The notes below the pieces were generated by a model, which had not been told where the DNA came from, did not search any database, and saw only the letters and a program-made list of their open reading frames with translations. A stretch of 32,000 bases of DNA from Oleidesulfovibrio alaskensis DSM 16109 (GTDB lineage Bacteria > Desulfobacterota > Desulfovibrionia > Desulfovibrionales > Desulfovibrionaceae), in the NCBI RefSeq assembly GCF_000482745.1, contig NZ_AXWQ01000007.1, positions 122,865 to 154,864 of the forward strand, read 5' to 3'. The translations under genes and the position numbers were made by a program. Of this stretch, positions 1-9,614 are shown in pieces (the stretch's first letter is position 1; every line of letters begins with the position of its first letter).

Positions 1-204
1 ACTTCGCTCGACTTCATCGGATTCGGCATGCCGCCGGGATCGCCGTCGCTGGGCGAACTGCTGGCACAGGGCAAAAACAATCTTCAGGCTCCGTGGATAG
101 GGCTGACCGCATTCGGCGTGCTGGGCACGCTGTTGTGTCTGCTGGTTTTCATCGGCGAGGCCGTGCGCGATGCGTTTGATCCCAACGGAGGGAAAAAATC
201 ATGA
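1..204 (+). CDS. ABC transporter permease, Opp/Dpp (peptide/nickel/opine) family, C-terminal fragment; 5' end lies outside the window
   Basis: Frame-1 reading frame is open from the window edge to stop TGA 202-204. The translation ...APWIGLTAFGVLGTLLCLLVFIGEAVRDAFDPNGGKKS has a final TM helix and the GE-x-x-RDA-x-DP tail typical of OppC/DppC permeases. The stop overlaps the next ATG (ATGA at 201-204). Confidence 0.7.
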   Translation, partial: TSLDFIGFGMPPGSPSLGELLAQGKNNLQAPWIGLTAFGVLGTLLCLLVFIGEAVRDAFDPNGGKKS

Positions 205-1859
205 CACAGGCAGACAATGACGTGCTGCTGGCCGTGGAGGGGCTGCGTATCCGCTTTGACGGTCCCGCCGCGGAAGCGGAAAAAACGGGCGGAACCGGAC
301 AGGACGTGGTGCGGGGGGTCAGCTTTTGCCTGCGCCGCGGCAGGGTGCTGGGCATAGTGGGCGAGAGCGGTTCAGGCAAATCGCTTACGGCACGGGCCCT
401 TATGGGGCTGCTGCCCGCCGGGGCGCGCATCTGCGGCGGCACCATTGAATACGGCGGCAACAATCTGGCCGGACTGGATGACGACGCCATGCGTCTGCTG
501 CGCGGCAGACGCATAGCCATGCTGTTTCAGGATCCGCTGAGCAGCTTTAATCCGCTGCACCGCATCGGCAGACAGATCGGCGAAACACTGGCTGTACACA
601 GCGGCTGGAAAACAGCCCGGATCCGCCGCAGGGTGGCTTCGCTGCTGGAGCAGGCAGGCATGGACGAGCCGCAGCGCATCATGGATTCGTTTCCGCATCA
701 GCTTTCGGGCGGACAGCGGCAGCGCGCCATGCTGGCCATGGCTCTGGCGGGCGGGCCGGAAATCCTTATTGCCGACGAACCCACTACGGCGCTGGATGCC
801 GCCGTGCAGCGTCAGGTCATTGATCTGCTGCTGGCGCTGCGCGCCTCACTGGGGCTGTCGCTGGTGGTTATCAGCCACGATCTGCCCATGATGCGGCTTC
901 TGGCCGATGACCTGTGCGTCATGCAGGACGGCTGCGTTGTGGAGTCCGGCCCTGCGGAACGTGTGTTTGCCGCCCCGCAGCACCCGTATACACGCATGCT
1001 GCTGGACAGCGGGGCCGACGAACAGCCCGTGCCGGTCGATGCCGCAGCGCCGGAAGTGCTGCGTGTGCAGGGGCTGGACGTACGCTACCCCGCCGGACAG
1101 GCACTGCCCTTTACGCCCCGCCGTTATCACCATGCGGTGCGCGATGTATCGTTTACGGTGCGCCGCGGCGAATGTCTGGGCGTGGTGGGTGAAAGCGGTT
1201 CGGGCAAGTCTTCGCTGGGGCTTGCCGTACTGCGCCTTATAAGGTCGCAGGGCAGCATTTTGTTTGAAGGCGCCCCGCTGCACACGCTGGATGAAAAACA
1301 GCTGCGCCCGCGCCGCAGCCGTCTGCAGATAGTTTTTCAGGATCCGCTGGCCGCGCTTAATCCCAGACTGAGTGTGCAGGAATGCATTGCCGAAGGGCTG
1401 CATGCCCGCGGAGAACTTTCCCGTGCCGAAACAGAAGAGCGCGTCATCAGGGCCATGCGTGAAGTGGAACTGGATCCCGCCATGCGGCACCGGTATCCGC
1501 ATGAGTTTTCCGGCGGGCAATGCCAGCGTGTGTGTCTGGCACGGGCGCTGGTCATGCAGCCGGGGTGCATCGTTTTTGACGAGCCTACTTCCTCGCTGGA
1601 CCGCAACACGCAGTTTCAGGTGGTGCGTCTGCTGCGCGCTCTGCAGCAGCGCCACGGCATGGCGGGAATTTTCATAGCGCACGACCTGTCGCTTGTGCGC
1701 CGCATCTGCCATCGGGTGCTGGTGATGCAGGGCGGGCAGGTGGTTGAGGCCGGCGATACTGCAACAGTGTTTGCCGCACCGCGGCATGCTTATACACGCC
1801 GCCTGCTCGAGGCCGCTCCGGCGGGGCTGCAGAGTGCGGCGGGAGGAATAACCGGATGA
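201..1859 (+). CDS. Fused double ABC ATPase of an Opp/Dpp-type importer (DppD-DppF fusion; YejF/GsiA-like architecture)
   Basis: 552 aa with two full nucleotide-binding domains. Walker A is GESGSGKS in both halves. Signatures are LSGGQRQR and FSGGQCQR. Walker B is ILIADEPT and CIVFDEPT. There are two Opp/Dpp C-terminal HPYT-type motifs (PQHPYTRML, PRHAYTRRL). Confidence 0.9.
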   Translation: MTQADNDVLLAVEGLRIRFDGPAAEAEKTGGTGQDVVRGVSFCLRRGRVLGIVGESGSGKSLTARALMGLLPAGARICGGTIEYGGNNLAGLDDDAMRLLRGRRIAMLFQDPLSSFNPLHRIGRQIGETLAVHSGWKTARIRRRVASLLEQAGMDEPQRIMDSFPHQLSGGQRQRAMLAMALAGGPEILIADEPTTALDAAVQRQVIDLLLALRASLGLSLVVISHDLPMMRLLADDLCVMQDGCVVESGPAERVFAAPQHPYTRMLLDSGADEQPVPVDAAAPEVLRVQGLDVRYPAGQALPFTPRRYHHAVRDVSFTVRRGECLGVVGESGSGKSSLGLAVLRLIRSQGSILFEGAPLHTLDEKQLRPRRSRLQIVFQDPLAALNPRLSVQECIAEGLHARGELSRAETEERVIRAMREVELDPAMRHRYPHEFSGGQCQRVCLARALVMQPGCIVFDEPTSSLDRNTQFQVVRLLRALQQRHGMAGIFIAHDLSLVRRICHRVLVMQGGQVVEAGDTATVFAAPRHAYTRRLLEAAPAGLQSAAGGITG

Positions 1860-2644
1860 ACCGTATCATGATGAACCGCGCCGTTCCGACGGGCTGCGCG
1901 GCATTGGCCCTGTGCCTTGTTGTTATGTGGGGCGGCTGCCGCGCTCTGGCGGCCCCGGCGTCACCGGATGCACTGCTGGATACAGTGACATCGGCCATCG
2001 CCATAGAAAAAGCAGCGCATGAACGCGGCTCCGAATGGGAGCGCGAGCAGGCCCTGCTGCAGGAAGAACTGCGGCAGGCGCGTCTGGAAGAGGCGTGGTA
2101 CGCGCTGCAGGTAAATACTTTTACCCGTTATGTGGATACGGCCCGCAGCCGTGTGGATGAGCTGACGAAAACCCGTGACGAGCTGGTGCGCATGGAGACA
2201 GAGCTTGAGGGTTCGCTGGTGGAAAGCGTGGAGGCGCTGGAAAACTTTGTGCGGCAGGATATGCCTTTTCTGCAGCAGGAGCGGGACCAGCGTCTGCGGT
2301 TTCTGCATGCAAGCATGAATGACTATGAACTGGGCGGAGCGGAAAAGCTGCGCAGAGTGCTGGAGGCGTTGCAGGCGGAACTCGGCTACGGCCGGGGTGT
2401 GGAACTGGCCGCCGCGCAGATAGACGTGCAGGGCGTTTCCCGCCGTGTGCAGTTGCTGAGGACGGGACGCGCAGGGCTGTATGCGCTGTCGCCGGACGGT
2501 TCCGCCGCATGGCGCTGGACCCGTGCCGCGGGGTTTGTACCCGTGGAAGACGTGTATCTGGATTCGCTGCGTGAGGCTGCGGAAATGACGGAATCGGGCA
2601 GTGCGTTCTCGCTGCCGGTGTTGCCTTTCGGGGAGGTGCGGTAA
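1856..2644 (+). CDS. DUF3450-like periplasmic coiled-coil protein (TtpB-like first gene of TonB2-type clusters)
   Basis: 262 aa. N-terminal signal-like hydrophobic segment (AALALCLVVMWGGCRALAAP), an E/R/L-rich coiled-coil region, then MPFLQQERDQRLRFL...EKLRRVLEALQAELGYGRGVE...LLRTGRAGLYALSPDG, which matches my recollection of the DUF3450 family. ATG 1856 overlaps the upstream stop (ATGA). It sits directly upstream of a large MotA-family gene, as in Vibrio TonB2 loci. Confidence 0.65.
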   Translation: MNRIMMNRAVPTGCAALALCLVVMWGGCRALAAPASPDALLDTVTSAIAIEKAAHERGSEWEREQALLQEELRQARLEEAWYALQVNTFTRYVDTARSRVDELTKTRDELVRMETELEGSLVESVEALENFVRQDMPFLQQERDQRLRFLHASMNDYELGGAEKLRRVLEALQAELGYGRGVELAAAQIDVQGVSRRVQLLRTGRAGLYALSPDGSAAWRWTRAAGFVPVEDVYLDSLREAAEMTESGSAFSLPVLPFGEVR

Positions 2645-4041
2645 TGCGGCGTTTGTTAACGGCAGTGATGCTGGTGGTGCTGGCCGCATGGCCTGTATAC
2701 GGCGCCGAAAGGCAGGAAAAACCCGTACTCGGGCGCGTGGCCGAGGATGTTTCGCAGATGCGGCGCGAGACTGTGGAAAATGTGGAGGAGGTCCGGCGCT
2801 CCATAGACGCGCAGCGCAAAGAGCTGAAGGAAACCCTGCAGCGTGTGAAGCGCGATGCCGCGGCAGCGCGTGAACATGCCGGAAGGCTGGAGACCGAACT
2901 GGCCGGCCTGAGAGCCCGCGAAGCCGAACTGACCGCTGAACTGGGCGGCAGGCAGGAGGCCATGCGCAAAATACGCAGTGCCGTGCGCGACAATGCTGCC
3001 CTGCTGCTGGAATCCGGCCCCATATATGATGTTCCCGGCATGGCGGAAGGCTGGCGCGGTGCGCTGGAGGGCATGACCGCTCCGGAACATTTTCCTTCGC
3101 TGGAGGAAGTCAGACTGCTGCTGCACTCCATGCTGCTGTCCGTGGAGGCGGGAGGCCGCATGGCCGTGGTGCGGCAGCCTGTGCATATCCGCGACGGCAG
3201 TCTGGTTGAAGCGCAGGTGCTGCATTATGGCGCGTTTCAGGCTGCATATGCCGCGGGTGACGAAACAGGTTTTCTTACAAGAGTGCGCGGTGCTGATGCG
3301 CCTCAGGCTTTTGCCTACCGGCCGGACAGTGCCGAGTCCGGCATGATTGCGCAGGCCGTGAGCGGTACCGGAAAAGGGCCGGTACCTCTTCCGGCGGATG
3401 TCACCGGCGGCAGAGTTCTGGCTGACCCCCCTGCGCGGCATACCATGCTGACGGCTGTCATGGACGGCGGCATGTTTCTGTGGCCCATTATGCTCATAGG
3501 CGTGGTGGGACTGCTGCTGGTGGCAGAGCGGTGCGTGACGCTGGGCAGGGTGCGTGCCAACGGCAGGCAGGCCGTGGAGCAGGTGCTGCACGGGGACCGG
3601 AACATGACTGCACAGGCCGGGCGTACTCCGGCGGAACGAGTGGTCCGGCGTATGTGCACGCCGGGCGGCACACCGGATGATGCCGAACAGATGGAGCGCC
3701 GTCTGGAACAGGCGGTGCTTGAAGAACTGCCGCCCCTTGAGCGTTTTCTGCAGACCATACGCGTGCTTGCCGCCATATCTCCTCTGCTTGGTCTGCTGGG
3801 TACGGTGTCAGGCATCATCCAGACGTTCCGGATTATCACGGCGCACGGCAACGGCGATCCCAAGCTGCTTTCCGCAGGGATATCCGAAGCGTTGCTCACA
3901 ACGGAGGCGGGCCTTCTGGTGGCCATTCCCCTGCTGCTCTGCCACCATTTTCTGACCCGCAGAGTCAACACGGTGATGCTGGACATGGAAGCCGCCGGAA
4001 CATCGCTCATCGCGGCGGGGAGCAGCGGGAGGCAGCAATGA
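2644..4041 (+). CDS. Large MotA/TolQ/ExbB-family proton-channel protein with a long periplasmic coiled-coil N-domain (TtpC-like)
   Basis: 465 aa. Signal/TM at the N-terminus (MRRLLTAVMLVVLAAWPVYGA), roughly 250 aa of E/R/A-rich region, and a C-terminal channel core (LLGLLGTVSGIIQTF ... ISEALLTTEAGLLVAIPLLL). The start overlaps the upstream stop (TAATG at 2642-2646). Confidence 0.8.
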   Translation: MRRLLTAVMLVVLAAWPVYGAERQEKPVLGRVAEDVSQMRRETVENVEEVRRSIDAQRKELKETLQRVKRDAAAAREHAGRLETELAGLRAREAELTAELGGRQEAMRKIRSAVRDNAALLLESGPIYDVPGMAEGWRGALEGMTAPEHFPSLEEVRLLLHSMLLSVEAGGRMAVVRQPVHIRDGSLVEAQVLHYGAFQAAYAAGDETGFLTRVRGADAPQAFAYRPDSAESGMIAQAVSGTGKGPVPLPADVTGGRVLADPPARHTMLTAVMDGGMFLWPIMLIGVVGLLLVAERCVTLGRVRANGRQAVEQVLHGDRNMTAQAGRTPAERVVRRMCTPGGTPDDAEQMERRLEQAVLEELPPLERFLQTIRVLAAISPLLGLLGTVSGIIQTFRIITAHGNGDPKLLSAGISEALLTTEAGLLVAIPLLLCHHFLTRRVNTVMLDMEAAGTSLIAAGSSGRQQ

Positions 4042-4703
4042 TGCCGGGTATCTTTTCCGAAGGCTTCATGAGCGGTCTTGCTTCGCTTTCTTCCGGCGCC
4101 GGTATTCTGGCGTTGCTGGGGGTGCTGTGCGTCTGGGTGTGGACGCTGATCATTCTGACGGCGGTGGCCCTGCGCGATGCCGCGCGCGGCACTGCATGCA
4201 CCGGCGCTGCCGCCGGGCAGCAGGATGACGGATGCCCCGCTCCGACGGCGGCAGGTGCGGCGGGGCTTGTCGCCGCACATGCCGTTTTTTGCCGCGGGCT
4301 GCGTCATGGCGGGCTCAGCCTGCGGTTGCGGCGGCGTATTGTGCGGGCCCGTATGGATATGGTGCTGCGGCAGGTGACAAAAAATGTGGGCACCATTCTG
4401 CTGCTTTCGTCGCTGGCGCCTTTGCTGGGGCTGCTGGGCACGGTGGAAGGTATGGTGGGTACATTCCGTGCGCTGGCAGAGGCGGGCAGCGCAGACAACG
4501 CCGCACTGACCGGCGGTATTTCAAAAGCGCTGGTGACCACGCAGGGCGGCCTGCTGGTAGCCATTCCCAGCCTGCTTGCGGGCGGCATTCTGTACCGTAA
4601 AAGCCGCAAGCTGCGTAATGCGCTGCGTTCCGTTTCGCTGCGGGCCGCAGAAGCATCGGGCCGGACGGCGCCCGCCTGTTCCGGGCAAGGAGATATACAA
4701 TGA
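4038..4703 (+). CDS. exbB: ExbB/TolQ-family biopolymer transport protein
   Basis: 221 aa with MotA/TolQ/ExbB core motifs LLGLLGTVEGMVGTF and ISKALVTTQGGLLVAIPSLL. ATGA overlap with the upstream gene at 4038-4041. Confidence 0.8.
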   Translation: MMPGIFSEGFMSGLASLSSGAGILALLGVLCVWVWTLIILTAVALRDAARGTACTGAAAGQQDDGCPAPTAAGAAGLVAAHAVFCRGLRHGGLSLRLRRRIVRARMDMVLRQVTKNVGTILLLSSLAPLLGLLGTVEGMVGTFRALAEAGSADNAALTGGISKALVTTQGGLLVAIPSLLAGGILYRKSRKLRNALRSVSLRAAEASGRTAPACSGQGDIQ

Positions 4704-5104
4704 GATGGCGCGGTACGACACAGGATGAAGTGGTCAACGATATCGATCTGACACCCATGATCGACATGGTTTTCATTTTGCTGATCTTTTTTATTGTATC
4801 CACAAGTTTTATCAAAGAATCCGGCGTGGTGGTGGAACGTCCCGCTGCGGCTACGGGCGAAGGCCGTCAGGTGCAGGTGGTTGTGGCCATAGACAGCGAC
4901 AACGTGCTGTGGATGGAAGGTGAAAGTGTTGATATCCGCTCGCTGGAGTCGCGCATGGCGGGGCTGCTGGCGGAAAAAGACAACCTTGCGGTGATTGTGG
5001 CTGCCGATGTGCAGTCCAGTTCCGGTGTGCTGGTGCGCGCCATCGACCTGTGCCGTCAGGCCGGAGTGCGCGATGTGAGCGTGGCCACCAAGGATGCGCC
5101 ATGA
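4700..5104 (+). CDS. exbD: ExbD/TolR-family biopolymer transport protein
   Basis: 134 aa. Single N-terminal TM with the conserved Asp context (DLTPMIDMVFILLIFFIV), then a periplasmic domain (VVVAIDSDNVLWMEGESV...AVIVAADVQSSSGVLVRAIDLCRQAGV). ATGA overlap at 4700-4703. Confidence 0.9.
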   Translation: MRWRGTTQDEVVNDIDLTPMIDMVFILLIFFIVSTSFIKESGVVVERPAAATGEGRQVQVVVAIDSDNVLWMEGESVDIRSLESRMAGLLAEKDNLAVIVAADVQSSSGVLVRAIDLCRQAGVRDVSVATKDAP

Positions 5105-5772
5105 CGGATTGGTGCGTGCGGATGGCGGCCGTGGGCGGCGGAGTGGGGGTCACGCTGTTGCTGCTGCTTTTCCTGCTGGCAGGAACTGCTCCCCGCGTGG
5201 TGACAGATGAGCCTGTGGTGCATGGCGCGGTCAGGCTGTCTTCGTTTACCGAAGCTCCGGTACGCGAGACCGAGACCTATGCCACCCGCGATGTGCAGCA
5301 GGTGCAGCCCCTTGAAAAGATGTCAGAAATGGATGTGTCTCTTGATTCGCCGCAGTTGGAAATGGACATGCCCTCCATGGAAATGGATTTCGCGCCCGAG
5401 CTGGCAGGCACCGTGCCGCTGAGCGGAGTCCCTTCCGTGGCTTCGGCCGGCGGGTTGTCGGCGCCGTCGGGCGGTGCCTTTACGCTGGGCGAGGTTGATG
5501 AACAGCCGCGCCCGCTTTATGCGCCGGCCCCGCTGTATCCGATGCAGGAAAAACGTCTGGGGCGTGAATGCACCGTGGTGGTGCGCATTCTGCTGGCTGA
5601 GGACGGAACGGTGAAACAGGCGACTCCCGTGTATGCGGAAGACGATACCCGGACGTTTCATGAGGCCGCCGTGGAAACGGTGCTGCGGTGGCGTTTTGTA
5701 CCCTGCCGCAAAGACGGCAGGGCCGTGCAGTGCATTGCCGAGCAGCCTTTTACCTTTTCACTGCACCAGTAA
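5101..5772 (+). CDS. tonB: TonB-family energy transducer
   Basis: C-terminal TonB_C-like domain (RPLYAPAPLYPMQEKRLGRECTVVVRILLAEDGTVKQATPV...ETVLRWRFVPCRKDGRAVQCIAEQPFTFSL) and an N-terminal TM (VGVTLLLLLFLLAG). I chose ATG 5101 (ATGA overlap with the exbD stop) over the track start at 5050, which would overlap exbD by 55 nt. Confidence 0.8.
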   Translation: MTDWCVRMAAVGGGVGVTLLLLLFLLAGTAPRVVTDEPVVHGAVRLSSFTEAPVRETETYATRDVQQVQPLEKMSEMDVSLDSPQLEMDMPSMEMDFAPELAGTVPLSGVPSVASAGGLSAPSGGAFTLGEVDEQPRPLYAPAPLYPMQEKRLGRECTVVVRILLAEDGTVKQATPVYAEDDTRTFHEAAVETVLRWRFVPCRKDGRAVQCIAEQPFTFSLHQ

Positions 5773-5789
5773 AGGGCATGGAGGTGGTT

Positions 5790-7043
5790 ATGACCGGATA
5801 TGCCATGCTTGAACGATTGTGGCACACCCCGGCGCGGCAGATGCGGTTGGCGGTGCTGTGCGTGGCTGTATGCACAATGCTGCCGGTGCTGTGCGACAGC
5901 GCGTTGGCGGGCGTCCGCTCCGTGACGGCCATGGAATACGAGATATTCACGGAAGCCAAGCGGCTTGCGGACAAAGGCCGTCACGATATGGCCGCAGAAA
6001 AGATGGCCGTGTACTTCCGCCGTTATTCGGACAGGCATCAGTACGCGTACGAGCTGTACGGGGCCGTGCTGCTGGAGATGAAACGCGAAGACCTGGCGGT
6101 TTCCGTGCTGCGTGAAGGCGCCGGAGAGTATGCCGACAGCGGGTCGCTGGCCCAGATGCTGGGCACGGCGTTGTACCGGGCCGGAAAGCCGCTTGAGGCT
6201 GCCGACGCCTTTTTGAAGGCGTATGCGCTTTCGGGAGAGGCCAAAACGTATCTGGCATATTCGGCCGCGGTGTTTCTGGCCCGCGGCGAACAGTACGGCA
6301 GGGCCGCCGCCGTACTGCGCCCTCTTACGGGCAGGGCGGAAGCGAAAGCCGACTGGCATATTCTGCTTGCCCAGTGCCTTATGCGGCAGGACAAATTGCA
6401 GGAAGCGGCGCAGGGACTGCGCGCCGCAGTGCGGGTGTACCCTGAAGATGCCAAGGTGTGGCGCATGCTGGGCCTTGTTTATTACCGGCAGGGACTGCGC
6501 GACAAGGCTGCGGCAACCTATGAGATAGCGCACAAACTTGCACCGCCCAGCAGCCGCGAATCAGCCCAGCTTGCTTCGCTGTATTGTTCGCTGGGGGCTC
6601 CCTCTCTGGGGGCCCGCGCGGTGGGTGAAGCTCCGCCGACTCCGGAAATGCTGGACAATCTGGCACATTCGCTGGCCCGCGGAGGCGATCTGCCCGCTGC
6701 GCTGGAACATGCGCAGAAGGCCTTGGAACAGGCCCCCACTGATGACCGCCGTTTCAGAAAAGGGCAGATACTGCTGCGTATGGAAAAAAAGGCCGAGGCT
6801 GCGGTTGTTTTTGGCGATCTGGCAGCAGGCGGGGGGCGTCTGGCGCGCAAGGCCCGCTGGATGCTGGCCGTGATGGCGTGGAATGACGGGGACTGGCAGC
6901 AGGCGCGGGTCGAGCTTGAAAAACTGGCTTCGGGAGGGGACCGCATGGATAAACGTGCCAGAAGGCTGCTGGGAATTCTTGATCAGGTTTCCGGCGGCGC
7001 GGAACATGAAGGCAGACAGCAGAAAGAGGGCTCCGCTTCCTGA
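5790..7043 (+). CDS. Tetratricopeptide-repeat protein (TtpD-like last gene of TonB2-type clusters)
   Basis: About 417 aa. Signal-like N-terminus (MRLAVLCVAVCTMLPVLCDSALAG) and repeated TPR-like helical pairs (e.g. AKVWRMLGLVYYRQGLRDKAAATYEIAHKLAP). I chose ATG 5790 because GGAGGTGG sits 2-9 nt upstream; the track start at 5688 would overlap tonB. Confidence 0.7.
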   Translation: MTGYAMLERLWHTPARQMRLAVLCVAVCTMLPVLCDSALAGVRSVTAMEYEIFTEAKRLADKGRHDMAAEKMAVYFRRYSDRHQYAYELYGAVLLEMKREDLAVSVLREGAGEYADSGSLAQMLGTALYRAGKPLEAADAFLKAYALSGEAKTYLAYSAAVFLARGEQYGRAAAVLRPLTGRAEAKADWHILLAQCLMRQDKLQEAAQGLRAAVRVYPEDAKVWRMLGLVYYRQGLRDKAAATYEIAHKLAPPSSRESAQLASLYCSLGAPSLGARAVGEAPPTPEMLDNLAHSLARGGDLPAALEHAQKALEQAPTDDRRFRKGQILLRMEKKAEAAVVFGDLAAGGGRLARKARWMLAVMAWNDGDWQQARVELEKLASGGDRMDKRARRLLGILDQVSGGAEHEGRQQKEGSAS

Positions 7044-7307
7044 CGCTGTGACGGTTTGTGAACCGGACTCCGGCGCGGGAGGCAGGGGAATGCCGCACGG
7101 CATCCTGCCCGCGCGGAACCCGCTGTCCGCCTGCGGGGGCGCCGGTCTCTTTTGCGTTTAAGCGTGCGCCTGCGGGGTGGCGGCAGTGCGTGCTGCGGCA
7201 ACGGGTCAATCGTATTGCGATACACTGGCTCTGCCTTGTGCCTGAAAAGAATGCCTGCGGGAGATTCCGGCTTTGCCGGAAGCGGCGCTTTGCATGCACA
7301 CGGGCGG

Positions 7308-7354
7308 AAAAAGCGTTCAGGCCGCCCCGTACGGGGCGGCCTGTCTGTTTTTTT
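7308..7354. terminator. Bidirectional rho-independent terminator between the convergent TPR gene and the MCP gene
   Basis: An A-run (7308-7312), then a perfect GC-rich hairpin caggccgcccc / ggggcggcctg (7318-7343, 3-4 nt loop), then a T-run (7348-7354). The A-run/T-run flanks give a U-tract on either strand. Confidence 0.6.
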
Positions 7355-7433
7355 GTGCGGGGTCTGCCGGATTGCACCTGTGTGCGGTTCATCACGCGGG
7401 TGCAGGCGCTTTACGCTGCTGTTTGCGTGCAGT

Positions 7434-9614
7434 TCATGCTGTTTTTCCGGCTTCTTCCAGCGACTGGATGAGCGAACGCAGTTCGTTGGCCTGCGTGGCC
7501 AGTTCCTGCACTGCTTCCGCCGCCTGCATCATGCCTTCGGTGGTTTCGCTGACTATCATGGTCACCTCTTCCACCGAGCGGTTTATCTGCTCCATGGCCG
7601 CGGCCTGTTCTTCGGCTGCGGTGGCGATGCTGGAAACCTGCAGTGCAGTGCCGTCCGCCACGGTGACAATGGAGTCCAGCGCCGCGCCGGAGTCGTTCGC
7701 TTTGCCTGTGGCCTGCTGGATGGCGGCCACGGCCTTGTCCATGCTTTCAATGTTTTTGCCTGCGGCCTGCTGAATGCTGCTGATGCGGTCGCCCACTTCC
7801 TTGGTGGCGCTCATGGTTTTTTCTGCCAGTTTGCGCACTTCATCGGCCACAACGGCAAAGCCGCGTCCCGCATCACCGGCGCGTGCGGCTTCAATGGCCG
7901 CGTTGAGCGCCAGCAGGTTTGTCTGGTCGGCTATATCGCTGATAACGGTCATCACCTGTCCGATGGAATCGGCCTGTTCGCCCAGCGACCGCATGCTGTC
8001 CTTGAGCGACAGAGCAGTGGTGTTAACCTGATCTATGGCCTCGATGGCCTGCTGCACGATGCCCGCCCCGTCCTGTGCGCGGTCCCGTGCTTCGGAAGAG
8101 CTGGTGGCGGCCAGTGTCGAGTTCTGGGCCACCTCGTTCACCGTGGCGTTTATCTGTTCCATGGCGGTGGCTGTTTCCTGCATTCTGTCGCGCTGTATGG
8201 AGGCACCGTTGCTTACCTGATCGACCTGTGCGGTCAGTTCGTCGGCGGCTGATGACATGCGTTCGGCAATATTGTTTGCCCGGCCGGAAAGTTCCTGCAT
8301 ATGTTCCACAAGCTTGGCCACGCGGGCCTGCTGCTCTCTGGCCTGCTCCAGAGCCTGCTGCGCATTGTCGGCCTGTAGCGAGGCTTCTTTGCTTTTGGCG
8401 TTGGCCTCGGCCATTTTTTCTTTCAGCGATCCCACCATGGTGGCAATGGAATGTTGCATGGAGGCTATTTCGGGCGAGAATGAGCCGCTTACCTGCGCAT
8501 CCAGATTGCCGCCGGCCACGTCGCTGGCGTAATGTTCGATGATGGAAAGCGGAGAGATGAGCTCGCGCCTGAGGATGAACAGTGTGGTGGCGGTGACCAG
8601 CAGCAGTATGCCCGCACCGGCGATGAAAAGGGCGTTGCGCAGTGCCGTTACGCCGGCAAAGGCTTCAGCCTCGTCTATTTCGGCGATGATGCCCCATTTT
8701 ACGCCGGACAGCACTTCCAGCGGTGCGAATGACGACAACACCGGATTGCCGTTGTAGTCGGTGATGATGCGTGTGCCGGACCTGCCCTCAAGCGCGCTGC
8801 GTGATGCTTCGGTATCCACCTTGCCTTTCTGCGGATTGCGGAATGATCCGGCAACGGAATGAAATTCCGGTTCAAGGAATGAATCCGAGCGCATCAGCTT
8901 GTCCTGACCTACAAGATAGGTTTCACCCGTTTGACCCATGCCGTCGCGCAGCTGCATGAGCGCGTTGATGCGGTCGAGGGGTATCTGCAGGATGACGGTG
9001 CCCTCAATGCCGCTTCTGTTTTCCATCTTTCTGGCGATGAAGGCGGCGGGCTCTCCGTTTGAGGGGGCATAGGGCCGGAAATCGGCAAAGCCTATATCGC
9101 TCTGCTGTGCGGTCTGCCATGCCTGCGCTATGCTGCTGCCGGCAAGCGGTCCCTGTGTCAGACTTTGTCCCAGGTCTGATTCTCTGGCCTGTGTAAAAAG
9201 AATGCGTCCTTTTCCATCCACCAGAAAAAGGTCGTAATAGCCTTTTTCGAGCACATAGTTTTCAAAGTGCGGCACCGCGCGTTTGTGCAGGCGGGTATAT
9301 GCAGCGGAGGTGATATCAAGGCCTGATGCCGTGTTTGCATCCGGTGTTTCGGCATACATGATGAAGCGTGAAAGAAAATCCGCAGCCGCCGTGCTGCGTG
9401 CCAGCTGCAGTATTTCGTTGTTCCATGAGCGGATGATTTCCTGCGCGGCATGCTGCTTGATTGCCCTGAGCGAGGTAAGCTGACCGAAATACTGTTCTTC
9501 GAGTTTGTCTGAAGCTGATGTGAAGGCGTAATACCCCATGCCGATGAACGGCAGAAGCCCGATGGCAAGGCAGAACGCGATCATTTTGGTCTTGAGCGAT
9601 ATGGTTCCCTTCAT
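7434..9614 (-). CDS. Methyl-accepting chemotaxis protein with a double-Cache-type periplasmic sensor
   Basis: 726 aa. TM1 ([21 protein letters not shown]), a periplasmic region of about 290 aa, TM2 ([20 protein letters not shown]), HAMP, and the canonical signalling hairpin [48 protein letters not shown] lies upstream of ATG 9614 on the minus strand. Confidence 0.95.
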   Translation of the reverse strand: MKGTISLKTKMIAFCLAIGLLPFIGMGYYAFTSASDKLEEQYFGQLTSLRAIKQHAAQEIIRSWNNEILQLARSTAAADFLSRFIMYAETPDANTASGLDITSAAYTRLHKRAVPHFENYVLEKGYYDLFLVDGKGRILFTQARESDLGQSLTQGPLAGSSIAQAWQTAQQSDIGFADFRPYAPSNGEPAAFIARKMENRSGIEGTVILQIPLDRINALMQLRDGMGQTGETYLVGQDKLMRSDSFLEPEFHSVAGSFRNPQKGKVDTEASRSALEGRSGTRIITDYNGNPVLSSFAPLEVLSGVKWGIIAEIDEAEAFAGVTALRNALFIAGAGILLLVTATTLFILRRELISPLSIIEHYASDVAGGNLDAQVSGSFSPEIASMQHSIATMVGSLKEKMAEANAKSKEASLQADNAQQALEQAREQQARVAKLVEHMQELSGRANNIAERMSSAADELTAQVDQVSNGASIQRDRMQETATAMEQINATVNEVAQNSTLAATSSSEARDRAQDGAGIVQQAIEAIDQVNTTALSLKDSMRSLGEQADSIGQVMTVISDIADQTNLLALNAAIEAARAGDAGRGFAVVADEVRKLAEKTMSATKEVGDRISSIQQAAGKNIESMDKAVAAIQQATGKANDSGAALDSIVTVADGTALQVSSIATAAEEQAAAMEQINRSVEEVTMIVSETTEGMMQAAEAVQELATQANELRSLIQSLEEAGKTA

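Noticed and set aside
5050-5100. Upstream-extended starts given by the track: 5050 (tonB), 5688 (TPR gene), 14746 (thioredoxin), 24256 (hycB-1), 26197 (hycB-2), 28176 (ligase family), 10911 (nhaC).
   Set aside because: - The extensions at 5050, 5688, 24256 and 26197 overlap the preceding gene.
- The extensions at 14746, 28176 and 10911 add unsupported residues with no RBS; 28176 is a TTG and 10911 a GTG.
- In each case an internal ATG with a Shine-Dalgarno sequence or an ATGA coupling overlap fits better.
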